Shown: positions 1-7,704, numbered from the stretch's first letter. The stretch is 21,021 nt of DNA from Microcoleus sp. S13_C3 (GCA_036700905.1 JAUBPT010000012.1); one strand, 5' to 3'. Program-made: numbers and translations. The notes: generated from the letters alone by a model not told the origin.

Positions 1-350
1 AACGTAAACGGCACCTTGTATTTCACTGCCGATGACGGCATCAATGGTAATGAGTTGTGGAAAAGTGATGGGACAGCCGCTGGCACCGTCTTGGTCAAAG
101 ACATCAACCCAGGGATAAATAGTTCAAGTATTAGCAACTTCACGAACGTAAACGGTACCTTGTATTTCCAAGCCGATGACGGCATCAATGGTAAAGAGTT
201 GTGGAAAAGTGATGGAACAGCCGTCGGTACTGTCTTGGTCAAAGACTTCTTTTCAGGGGCTAATAGTTCAACCCCTAACAACCTCACGAACGTGAATGGT
301 AACTTGTATTTCACTGCCAATGACGGCATCAATGGTAATGAGTTGTGGAG
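1..350 (+). repeat. Three in-frame 144-bp units encoding ELWxxDGT repeats
   Basis: AACGT(A/G)AA(C/T)GG... recurs at 1, 145 and 289, a 144-bp (48-aa) period. Each unit encodes NVNGxLYFxAxDGINGxELW. Confidence 0.75.
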
Positions 351-2661
351 TCTATCCCCCGCCGTCATCACCCAAGTCTCCTCTACCACCGCTGATGGAC
401 TCTACAAAGTCGGCCAAGACATCAACATTACGGTAAAATTTGACGAACCTGTAACCGTTACAGCCATTCCTCAACTGCAACTGAAAACCGGTACAACCAA
501 TCAATTCGCTACCTACCTAAGCGGTAGCGCCACTGATACCCTCACCTTTAAATACACAGTCCAAACAGGAGATAATAGTTCTGACCTAGAATACTTGGCC
601 ACCAACTCCCTCACCCTCAATAGCGGTACCATTAAAGACAGTGAGGGACTCGATGCTAATTTAACCCTTCCCGTCTTGGGTTCAGCCGAATCCCTTGGGG
701 GGAGTAAAGCCCTTGTCATTGATGCTATAGCCCCCACCATTACCAGTGTCAGCCTACCCGCGAACAAAACCTACATAGTCGGAGAAAACCTGGACTTCAC
801 CGTTACCTTCTCCGAAGCCGTCACCATCACTGGCGGTGCAAACTTACCCATTACCCTAGATACTGGGGGCGCTGTCAACGCGACCCTTAATGGTACAGGA
901 GCATCGGCCACCACCCATACCTTCCGTTATACTGTTGCATCTGGCACCTTAGATACCGACGGGATCACAGTTGGCACAGCCTTATCCTTACCCACCGGTG
1001 CTACCATTGAAAATGCCAGCAACACCAAAGCTACCTTAACCTTCAGCAGCGGCATCACCACAGGCGTATTAGTTGATGGTGTTGTTCCCGCAGTACCCAC
1101 CTTCACGACTACCACTGGCACCACTAAAAGTACCACTCCAACTCTGGCGGGGACTGCCGAAGCCAATAGTACCGTGAAAATCTTACAAGGTACAACTGAA
1201 CTCGGTACTGTCACAGCGGATGCTTCGGGTAAGTGGAGTTTTACACCTTCTACTGCCTTAACTGAAGGTACTTACGCCTTTACAGCCACAGCCACCGATG
1301 CCGAAGGTAATACATCTAGTGCTGCGAGTGCAGTCAATCTGACAATAGATGCAACAGTACCCCCAGTACCCACCTTCACGACTACCACTGGCACCACTAA
1401 AAGTACCACTCCAACTCTGGCGGGGACTGCCGAAGCCAATAGTACCGTGAAAATCTTGCAAGGCACAACTGAACTTGGTACTGTCACAGCGGATGCTTCG
1501 GGTAAGTGGAGTTTTACACCTTCTACTGCCTTAACTGAAGGTACTTACGCCTTTACAGCCACAGCCACCGATGCCGAAGGTAATACATCTAGTGCTGCGA
1601 GTGCAGTCAATCTGACAATAGATGCAACAGTACCCCCAGTACCCACCTTCACGACTACCACTGGCACCACTAATAGAGCTAATCCAACTCTGGCGGGGAC
1701 TGCCGAAGCCAATAGTACCGTGAAAATCTTGCAAGGTACAACTGAACTCGGCACTACGACAGCGGATGCTTCGGGTAAGTGGAGTTTTACCCCTACAAAA
1801 ACTTTAGCCGATGGCAATTATGCCTTTACTGCCATAGCTACTGACGCAGCAGGTAATATATCTAGTGCTTCGAGTGCAGTTAATCTGATTGTAAATACCG
1901 CACCAACAGCCCCACCATCAGTAACGGTAGTACCCTTAGTAACACCAACGGCAACAGTAGAAATTAACACGCCATCAATCAGTCTAATCGATCGTGGAGA
2001 ACCCACTAATTTTCCCCAAAATCAAGTTGTAGATGACCGATATTTACTGGCAGATGATGATGACCGCAGTATCCCACAATCAGCCTTTGGTCAACCGATA
2101 TTTGCGTTATCAGGTAATGATAATTTGACCGGAAGTGACGGTAATGACACGATTCATGGTAACAAAGGCGCTGATACCATTGATGGTGGTAATGGTAACG
2201 ATCAATTATTTGGCGGAAAACATTCCGATCAATTATCTGGTGGCAATGGTGATGACGTATTGAGTGGTAATAATGAGAATGACACTCTCACCGGTGGCGA
2301 GGGTAATGACACCATAAATGGTGGCAAGGAAAATGATGTCTTACTTGGTGGCAATGGCGATGATGAGGTATGGGGAGATAAAGGATTTGATGTGCTTACA
2401 GGTGGCGCCGGAAAGGATAACTTTGTCTTAGAATTCACTGCTAGTAATGCTAATGAAGCTGATTTTATTACTGACTTTAGTTCTGAAGATAAAATCAAGT
2501 TAGTTGGTGTTAATTACAGTCAATTAACTTTTGAGTCAGTGAATGTCATCTTAGATGGAGCAGCGGCTGTAGGTTCAACGGCAATTAAATCGGGGGATAA
2601 CTATTTAGGAGTGGTTTATAACGTGAATCAATCTGCTCTGAATAGTGGTTCTTTCTTGTAA
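1..2661 (+). CDS. Large secreted adhesin-like RTX protein, 5'-truncated by the window edge (ELWxxDGT repeats, Ig-like domains, C-terminal calcium-binding GGxGxD repeats)
   Basis: Frame 1 is open from nt 1 (NVNGTLYFTADDG...), so the ORF-track start at 16 is an artefact of the window edge. There are three LYFxAxDGINGxELWKSDGTAxGT units. These are followed by Ig-like modules and three 91-aa repeats. Next is a run of nonapeptides (GNDTIHGNKGADTIDGGNGNDQLFGGKHSDQLSGGNGDDVLSG...), and the stop is at 2659-2661. No cleavable N-terminus is visible, and the C-terminal RTX block fits a type I secretion substrate. Confidence 0.85.
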   Translation, partial: NVNGTLYFTADDGINGNELWKSDGTAAGTVLVKDINPGINSSSISNFTNVNGTLYFQADDGINGKELWKSDGTAVGTVLVKDFFSGANSSTPNNLTNVNGNLYFTANDGINGNELWSLSPAVITQVSSTTADGLYKVGQDINITVKFDEPVTVTAIPQLQLKTGTTNQFATYLSGSATDTLTFKYTVQTGDNSSDLEYLATNSLTLNSGTIKDSEGLDANLTLPVLGSAESLGGSKALVIDAIAPTITSVSLPANKTYIVGENLDFTVTFSEAVTITGGANLPITLDTGGAVNATLNGTGASATTHTFRYTVASGTLDTDGITVGTALSLPTGATIENASNTKATLTFSSGITTGVLVDGVVPAVPTFTTTTGTTKSTTPTLAGTAEANSTVKILQGTTELGTVTADASGKWSFTPSTALTEGTYAFTATATDAEGNTSSAASAVNLTIDATVPPVPTFTTTTGTTKSTTPTLAGTAEANSTVKILQGTTELGTVTADASGKWSFTPSTALTEGTYAFTATATDAEGNTSSAASAVNLTIDATVPPVPTFTTTTGTTNRANPTLAGTAEANSTVKILQGTTELGTTTADASGKWSFTPTKTLADGNYAFTAIATDAAGNISSASSAVNLIVNTAPTAPPSVTVVPLVTPTATVEINTPSISLIDRGEPTNFPQNQVVDDRYLLADDDDRSIPQSAFGQPIFALSGNDNLTGSDGNDTIHGNKGADTIDGGNGNDQLFGGKHSDQLSGGNGDDVLSGNNENDTLTGGEGNDTINGGKENDVLLGGNGDDEVWGDKGFDVLTGGAGKDNFVLEFTASNANEADFITDFSSEDKIKLVGVNYSQLTFESVNVILDGAAAVGSTAIKSGDNYLGVVYNVNQSALNSGSFL
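1096..1914 (+). repeat. Three tandem 273-bp (91-aa) intragenic repeats encoding Ig-like modules
   Basis: CCCACCTTCACGACT recurs at 1096, 1369 and 1642, exactly 273 bp apart. Copies 1 and 2 differ at only 3 positions by eye (tta/ttg, ggt/ggc, ctc/ctt), all synonymous. Copy 3 diverges in its second half. Confidence 0.92.
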
Positions 2662-2678
2662 AATTCGCAGGAATTATG

Positions 2679-2749
2679 CCAAGAAACCGGGTTTCTCTAA
2701 AAGATGTTTGCTTTCTCAACTAGATATCTACCAGGAAACCCGTTTTCTC
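2679..2749 (+). terminator. Two copies of a 19-nt hairpin-forming unit downstream of the first RTX gene; possible terminator or processing site
   Basis: CCAAGAAACCGGGTTTCTC lies at 2679-2697, with AGAAACC / GGTTTCT as a perfect inverted repeat. CCAGGAAACCCGTTTTCTC lies at 2731-2749. Neither is followed by a clear T-run, so terminator function is uncertain. Confidence 0.3.
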
Positions 2750-2806
2750 GCCTCTTAGAAAAATATCATTCATTTCAATAAAATTTAATTGGTGAGGTAA
2801 ACTAAA

Positions 2807-4501
2807 ATGACCACTTCTGATACAAAAACGGGTCGGTTGGATAACAATGACTTTCTGTTTCCAGCTAGGTATATCGGCGGCTATACCTGGCTTGATGAAT
2901 ATGACTTAAATACAGATGCAATCGGGCAAGGAATCACACTTGCTCTGGATGCTACAGATCAAAGCAAATTTGACACATTCTTAGAAATTATAGATGCCAA
3001 TACGGGTAAGGTTCTTGCTGATAATGACGATGAGGGTGGTATTAGTACAAACTCATTAATTGCGCCTGGTCAGCCTTCCCAAAGTGGCGATATATTTGAC
3101 ATTTCAACAATTCCTGATTCTTTGACAATTGACGGCACTACCAAGTACAAAGTGCGCGTCTTTAGCGTGGATTCTGTTACCGACCTATTGTCTACTTATC
3201 CCTACACTTTACAGGCCACCGTTCCTAATGGTAATGTCAGTTTAGTTCCAAGAGGTAGCAACTTTAGCAGCCCTCTAACGGGCAGTACCGTTGCATTAAC
3301 TGGTAAATTGGAGGTCAACAAAGACTTTACTTTTCCAGGTATAGGTGGTAACACACTTGCTGATGAATTTCTCGTAAGTACATCACTCGACAACGAACCG
3401 CTCAAAATTTCCCTTAGCAGTACAACAATAGGCTTTGACCCTTTCGTAGCAGTCATCAGCCCTAAGAATCCCGAAATTTTTGTCTCAGATAATAACAGCG
3501 GCGGCGGTTTGAACTCACAGCTTACTGTTCCGCGCGCAGGTATTGATTACAGAATCCGCGTCAGCAGTAACACTACATTTCCCAATTCCACAGCTTCTGC
3601 TGCTGATTACAGTTTACAGGTCAGTGTTGCTCAAGGTAGCGTCACATTAACCCCTCGGAGTGGCGAAACTCTGCAATTAGGGCGCGGTGGTGGAAAAGTA
3701 CCCGACGCTTCCACATTGCCGGACGGTGTCATACCACCACTAGACCTTATTTTCACGCCTGTAACGATCGCAACACCAACAATTAATGCCCCCGGCTCAG
3801 GCAATCCTACAGGGCAATCAGCAAACACTGTTACGGGTCTATTTTACAACCTCTCAGACAGTAATGATGATATTTTGCTGTTCTCACTGCCCTCGACTGC
3901 TACTGGTAAACAAATCTTAGCCCTATCTGGCAGCGACAAGATTACTGGCACCAGCGGCGCTGATACGGTTAACGGAATGCAAGGAGCCGATACAATTGAC
4001 GGAGGCGCGGGTAATGACAGTTTATCCGGCGGTAAAGAGTCAGATTCCCTGGAAGGTGGTGCTGGCAACGACCAAATATTAGGCAACAATGACAACGATA
4101 CTCTTACCGGAGGAGAAGGCAATGATACTATCCGGGGCGGTAAAGAGAAAGATAGCCTGACTGGTGGTGGTGGCGATGACTTTCTCTATGGCGATCGCCA
4201 TCAAGATTTTCTCACCGGTGGCGATGGAAACGATACATTTGTCTTAGCTGGGGGACAGATAGCAGCGCTCAGTTTAACAGATGCAGATGTGATTACAGAC
4301 TTCAAGACTGGGGACAAAATTGGTCTCACCGACGGGAATACATTTGGCGGCCTCTCCTTTGAAAATGTCAGTTTGACTCTGACTGGACAACCTGCTGTCA
4401 ATTCTATAGCAATTAAAGTTAAAGCCGACTCCAGTTATTTGGGTATCGTTCAAGGGGTAGCGCAAAGCGCTTTGACGGCAAATGCTTTTGTGATTCTGTA
4501 G
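2807..4501 (+). CDS. Secreted RTX calcium-binding protein with two PPC (pre-peptidase C-terminal)-like beta-sandwich domains
   Basis: ATG at 2807 is preceded by GGTGAGG. Two segments have the PPC-like pattern (DTFLEIIDANTGKVLADNDDEGG...KYKVRVFS and FDPFVAVISPKN...DYRIRVSS...DYSLQVS). The C-terminal block is GADTVNGMQGADTIDGGAGNDSLSGGKESDSLEGGAGNDQILG.... The extreme C-terminus is paralogous to that of the upstream protein (ITDFKTGDKIGL...AIKVKADSSYLGIVQGVAQSAL versus ITDFSSEDKIKL...AIKSGDNYLGVVYNVNQSAL). Confidence 0.85.
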   Translation: MTTSDTKTGRLDNNDFLFPARYIGGYTWLDEYDLNTDAIGQGITLALDATDQSKFDTFLEIIDANTGKVLADNDDEGGISTNSLIAPGQPSQSGDIFDISTIPDSLTIDGTTKYKVRVFSVDSVTDLLSTYPYTLQATVPNGNVSLVPRGSNFSSPLTGSTVALTGKLEVNKDFTFPGIGGNTLADEFLVSTSLDNEPLKISLSSTTIGFDPFVAVISPKNPEIFVSDNNSGGGLNSQLTVPRAGIDYRIRVSSNTTFPNSTASAADYSLQVSVAQGSVTLTPRSGETLQLGRGGGKVPDASTLPDGVIPPLDLIFTPVTIATPTINAPGSGNPTGQSANTVTGLFYNLSDSNDDILLFSLPSTATGKQILALSGSDKITGTSGADTVNGMQGADTIDGGAGNDSLSGGKESDSLEGGAGNDQILGNNDNDTLTGGEGNDTIRGGKEKDSLTGGGGDDFLYGDRHQDFLTGGDGNDTFVLAGGQIAALSLTDADVITDFKTGDKIGLTDGNTFGGLSFENVSLTLTGQPAVNSIAIKVKADSSYLGIVQGVAQSALTANAFVIL

Positions 4502-4681
4502 CATGGGCTTTGTCCACTCTATTTGAGTGAAATTAATCGCGATCGCCTTTGAGTTTGAGAGGAGGCGATCGCACTTGTATTCTTCCTGTGCGAGGGGCGA
4601 TCGCACTCATCACCGTGTGCCAGTTGCGTCCATGACCACGAATTTCAAAGGTGGTACCCGCCACGTGATTTATCCGTGGGA

Positions 4682-4771
4682 TCAATCCAAAATCTAAAAT
4701 CTAAAATCCTCAAGCCCCCGAATTGATCTCGCGCAAGTCAATCCAAAATCGAAAATCTAAAATCTAAAATC
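4682..4771 (+). repeat. Two blocks of tandem heptamers (CTAAAAT / AAAATCT), STRR-like
   Basis: TCAATCCAAAATCTAAAATCTAAAATC lies at 4682-4708 (3 units). TCAATCCAAAATCGAAAATCTAAAATCTAAAATC lies at 4738-4771 (4 units). A C-rich tract follows (CCCCATCCCCCCATC...). Confidence 0.85.
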
Positions 4772-4886
4772 GAATGACTGTCCTCATCTTCCCCATCCCC
4801 CCATCTTTTCCATCCCCATCATCCTCTTCTGCTCCTCAGCACCTATACTTAAAATTGGGATCTTACAGTTAATTTTTTTAAACCGA

Positions 4887-5156
4887 ATGTTCAGCATTGA
4901 CATCATTGTGAAAAATACGCCCGTCTCGCTGTCGGTGCAGCGGAAGTTGGAGGAAGACGCTGAGACTGTTTACCAGCAGGTACTGGCGGCGATTCGCAAC
5001 TCCCAACCGCAAATTTTGGAACTCACCTGCGAGAAAAATCCTGAGAAAAAGGTGGCTGTACTCAGCAGCGAGATTTCTGGGGTGGTGGTTTCTCAGAAAT
5101 CGGGGGCGTCATCTACAGGCAGATCCCCTGGTTTTGTCTCGATGACAGCAGAATGA
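4887..5156 (+). CDS. Small conserved hypothetical protein (89 aa)
   Basis: The ORF has cyanobacterial-like codon usage, and its stop overlaps the next ATG (ATGA at 5153-5156). The layout (IDIIVKN...LSV...EEDAETVYQQVLAAI...ILELT...KKVAVLSSEISGVVV...GF) resembles DUF3107-type small proteins from memory only, which I could not verify. Confidence 0.5.
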   Translation: MFSIDIIVKNTPVSLSVQRKLEEDAETVYQQVLAAIRNSQPQILELTCEKNPEKKVAVLSSEISGVVVSQKSGASSTGRSPGFVSMTAE

Positions 5157-5851
5157 GGGCTGGGGGTGTTGGTGCCGATATGAGCCAGTCAGCCGTTGCT
5201 GTGCGGGATTTGGGTTTTTGCTGGCCGTCGGGCGATCGAGTGTTGCAAGGTTGCTCTCTGGATGTACCCAAGGGCGAGTTTTGGATGCTTTTGGGCACTA
5301 ACGGCAGCGGCAAGTCTACGCTGTTGAGGCTGATGGCTGGGCTGCTGCACCCCCTGTCGGGGGAAATTGACCTGAGTGGACGGGTGGGGTTTGTGTTTCA
5401 AAACCCCGATCACCAATTGGTTATGCCGACAGTGGGTGCGGATGTGGCTTTTGGTTTGGTGGAGGAAAAGCTTTCTAACGTTCAGGTGCGGGCGAGGGTG
5501 GCGGAGGCTTTGGAGGCTGTGAATTTGCTGGATTTGCAGCGGCGGCCGATTTATGCTTTGAGTGGGGGCCAGAAGCAGCGAATTGCTCTTGCTGGGGCGA
5601 TCGCCCGTCACTGCGAAATTCTGCTGTTGGATGAACCGACGGCTTTGTTAGATCCTGATTCTCAGTTGGATTTGGTGGCGGCGGTGCAGCGGTTGGTGAA
5701 AAATCGGGGGATTACCGCTTTGTGGGTGACTCACCGTTTGGATGAGTTGAATTACTGTGATGGGGCTTTTTTGTTGGAAAAGGGCGAGGTGGTCGATCGG
5801 GGAGATCCGGCGCGTTTGAAGCAGCGGTTGATGCAAAGTCAAGATGTTTAG
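5153..5851 (+). CDS. ABC transporter ATP-binding protein, ECF/CbiO-like
   Basis: Walker A is GTNGSGKSTL, the ABC signature is LSGGQKQRIALAGAIA, Walker B is ILLLDEPTALLD, and the H-loop is VTHRL. The start at 5153 is coupled to the upstream stop by ATGA. The alternative start ATG 5180 (MSQSAVAVRDLGF) is equally plausible. Confidence 0.9.
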   Translation: MRAGGVGADMSQSAVAVRDLGFCWPSGDRVLQGCSLDVPKGEFWMLLGTNGSGKSTLLRLMAGLLHPLSGEIDLSGRVGFVFQNPDHQLVMPTVGADVAFGLVEEKLSNVQVRARVAEALEAVNLLDLQRRPIYALSGGQKQRIALAGAIARHCEILLLDEPTALLDPDSQLDLVAAVQRLVKNRGITALWVTHRLDELNYCDGAFLLEKGEVVDRGDPARLKQRLMQSQDV

Positions 5852-5877
5852 GTGTTAAGCAATTTTTGAATTAAGTC

Positions 5878-5928
5878 ATTCGGCGATTGAAATCGCTTCT
5901 ACAGAAACGAAGTCTGCCTCCGCAGACT
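5878..5928 (+). repeat. Bipartite hairpin repeat element, copy a
   Basis: ATTCGGCGATTGAAATCGCTTCTACAGAAACGAAGTCTGCCTCCGCAGACT. Hairpin 1 is GCGATT/AATCGC and hairpin 2 is AGTCTGC/GCAGACT. Seven other copies in the window have the same architecture. Confidence 0.7.
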
Positions 5929-5950
5929 AAGAGGATGGCGGTACGCCAAA

Positions 5951-6739
5951 TCAATCTCGCCATCCTCGATCGCGCAACCAAGCCTCTGCCCAAATTGTAT
6001 CGGCTTCTGACAGCGGTGGTATGACTTCCCAGTTGCGATAATCTATCTTGAGGTCGTAACTTGCTATGTCATAAATTTGATTGAATAATTCCTGCAAATT
6101 TATGACAGGTTCGGTATCGCCCGATCGCAGTGGTAAAGGAAAAGCAGGCAGCGGGTTCTGCACGTTAAAAGCGTACAAATCTGCTCTGGGACGGCGATTT
6201 CCCCGACACACCAAAACGCTATAGTGGCTTTCAATGTCATTGCCAATAACTGGCATTCTTTGACCGCGCCGCAATAAATCTATTTCAATTACATGAGTGC
6301 GACTGGATAAAATTTCTTCTCGCTTTTCTTCGTACATTTGCCGCCCTTTTCCTGTGCGCTTATTGCTAGGCGAGAGGATTTCAATCAGGGTGATTAGTTC
6401 TTGGTTTCCTCTTTCTCTAATTTCTAAATAGCCTTCCCGAACCTGGTATGGCATGGGAATATTTACTGTCAAGGGTTGTGTGGGTGGCGCTGCAACGGCT
6501 ACGTTTGATGTTATTAATTCGGTTGTAGTTCTTGGCTGAATTACGTTTACATCAGGAATGCCAATTGATAAATTGTCGTCAGCGGTTTCATAGATTCTCA
6601 CTTCCAATGAGACTAAATACTTAGGACGAAGTTGGGGAGACAAAAATCTGAAAATTTCACTAATTAACAAGTGATGTAGGGCTGGCCAGAGTTCGGGATG
6701 CTCTAAATACGGGTCCATACCGGGAAAGGGAGATGGCAT
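5951..6739 (-). CDS. DUF4058 family protein (Uma2-like, PD-(D/E)xK restriction-endonuclease fold)
   Basis: The N-terminus MPSPFPGMDPYLEHPELW is the DUF4058 hallmark as I remember it. IPDV...EILSPSNK matches the D...E-x-K nuclease motif of Uma2/DUF820 relatives. ATG at 6739 has an AAGGAG Shine-Dalgarno 8 nt upstream, so the TTG at 6760 in the ORF track is probably not the start. Confidence 0.8.
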   Translation of the reverse strand: MPSPFPGMDPYLEHPELWPALHHLLISEIFRFLSPQLRPKYLVSLEVRIYETADDNLSIGIPDVNVIQPRTTTELITSNVAVAAPPTQPLTVNIPMPYQVREGYLEIRERGNQELITLIEILSPSNKRTGKGRQMYEEKREEILSSRTHVIEIDLLRRGQRMPVIGNDIESHYSVLVCRGNRRPRADLYAFNVQNPLPAFPLPLRSGDTEPVINLQELFNQIYDIASYDLKIDYRNWEVIPPLSEADTIWAEAWLRDRGWRD

Positions 6740-6868
6740 TGATTTTACTCCTTGACTCAAGTCTATTTACAGTTTAGCAATGTTGTTTTGGGAAAATTAG
6801 GGGCGATCGCACTTCCGGTAAAATAGAATAATTCCTATTTGTGGAAGCGCGATCGCACTTTTCAACGC

Positions 6869-7111
6869 TTAAACTTCGATTGACAATTGCATCGGAATTG
6901 GCACGCTGTTTTCATCCAACACAGACACTGCATTCACGAACACAATTGTATGCGGGACTGCCGGCATTAAGCGGCGCAGTGCGTTCAAGTAAGATTCGGC
7001 ATCGGGGCGACGGGCGAAGCGGCCGACTGTTAACCGCTGACAGTTGGGGAGGTGGCGAATTAGATGCCAAGGTTGAAGTCGATCGCGATAAGTCGGTTCT
7101 TTTGGTATCAT
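6869..7111 (-). CDS. Small conserved cyanobacterial hypothetical protein (80 aa)
   Basis: ATG at 7111 is preceded by GGAAGGA. The sequence RLQPWHLIRHLPNCQRLTVGRFARRPDAESYLNALRRL...IVF resembles a small protein family I recall as widespread in cyanobacteria, which I could not verify. I prefer this ORF to the fully overlapping plus-strand ORF 6841-7113. Confidence 0.55.
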   Translation of the reverse strand: MIPKEPTYRDRLQPWHLIRHLPNCQRLTVGRFARRPDAESYLNALRRLMPAVPHTIVFVNAVSVLDENSVPIPMQLSIEV

Positions 7112-7193
7112 AGGAAAATCCTTCCCACTTTTGTGGGTGGTGAATGAAAGGCGATCGCCCTTGATTTATCAGGTCGGAGGGCGATCGCTTGTT

Positions 7194-7228
7194 TATAGTG
7201 TATATTCAACACGAATACTCGAGTGTTG
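7194..7228 (+). promoter_or_regulatory. Candidate -10 boxes and operator-like inverted repeat upstream of the HTH gene array
   Basis: TATAGT lies at 7194-7199 and TATATT at 7201-7206. CAACAC (7207-7212) - N10 - GTGTTG (7223-7228) sits 11 nt upstream of the first HTH start codon. I found no convincing -35 box. Confidence 0.3.
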
Positions 7229-7238
7229 TCAAGAGGGA

Positions 7239-7451
7239 ATGGGACGAATTAGGCTGCGAGTTCGAGAATTTGCTCAAGAGAAGGGTTGGAATCTCACAGA
7301 AGTCTCCAAAAGAACAGGTATTCCATATACCACGATCATTACCTATGCGAACTCTCAGGGTATGGCAACTGTAGATTACACAGCTTTGGACAAGATGGCC
7401 CGTGCGTTTGATATTGCGATCGAGGATTTAGTGGAAATTCTGGAACAGTAA
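7239..7451 (+). CDS. XRE/Cro-C1-type helix-turn-helix protein, 70 aa (array copy 1, type A)
   Basis: MGRIRLRVREFAQEKGWNLTEVSKRTGIPYTTIITYANSQGMATVDYTALDKMARAFDIAIEDLVEILEQ. The start is set at the internal ATG 7239 because all five paralogs begin MG(R/L)IRLRVRE. The 5' extension to 7131 has no paralog support. Confidence 0.85.
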   Translation: MGRIRLRVREFAQEKGWNLTEVSKRTGIPYTTIITYANSQGMATVDYTALDKMARAFDIAIEDLVEILEQ

Positions 7452-7471
7452 ACTGATTTGTCAGCGGGAAA

Positions 7472-7684
7472 ATGGGGTTAATTCGGTTGCGAGTTCGAGA
7501 ACTAGCGCAGGAGAAAGGCTGGACGCTGAAAGAAGTTTCCGACAGAACGGGAATTCCCTACAGCACGGTTAAAAAATACGCCCAAGCTCCTAAAATGGCA
7601 ACGGTGGACTACACGGCTTTGCAGAAACTTGCTGCTGTCTTCGATTTGATGATCGAAGATTTGGTTGAGGTTTTGGAAAATTAA
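7472..7684 (+). CDS. XRE/Cro-C1-type helix-turn-helix protein, 70 aa (array copy 2, type B)
   Basis: MGLIRLRVRELAQEKGWTLKEVSDRTGIPYSTVKKYAQAPKMATVDYTALQKLAAVFDLMIEDLVEVLEN. It starts exactly 233 bp after copy 1. Confidence 0.88.
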   Translation: MGLIRLRVRELAQEKGWTLKEVSDRTGIPYSTVKKYAQAPKMATVDYTALQKLAAVFDLMIEDLVEVLEN

Positions 7685-7704
7685 ACTGATTTGTCAGCGG
7701 GAAG

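Noticed and set aside
513-4606. Antisense ORFs within the two RTX genes (for example 927-1214, 1272-1487, 1545-1817, 2229-2498, 3844-4122, 4274-4606).
   Set aside because: They are repetitive wrong-strand reading of repeat-rich coding DNA, with no starts or SDs of note. The sense frames carry unambiguous RTX and Ig-like motifs.
4501-4886. Possible small RNA or tRNA in the 386-bp spacer after the second RTX gene.
   Set aside because: I found no cloverleaf-compatible segment and no conserved tRNA boxes. The region is explained by HIP1 sites, heptamer repeats and a C-rich tract.
5189-5842. Antisense ORFs within the ABC ATPase gene (5189-5611 and 5648-5842), and 5113-5313.
   Set aside because: The sense frame has complete Walker A, signature and Walker B motifs. 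The antisense products are Pro/Gln/His-rich with no motifs.
6841-7113. Plus-strand 90-aa ORF fully overlapping the minus-strand 80-aa ORF.
   Set aside because: It has an Arg/Ser/Gly-rich low-complexity composition, a GTG-type start and no SD. The minus-strand ORF has an SD plus ATG and a conserved-looking sequence.
7131-7238. 5' extension of the first HTH ORF to 106 aa (MWVVNERRSPLIYQ...).
   Set aside because: The other four paralogs have no counterpart to this extension. All begin MG(R/L)IRLRVRE, and the extension covers HIP1 sites and promoter-like sequence.
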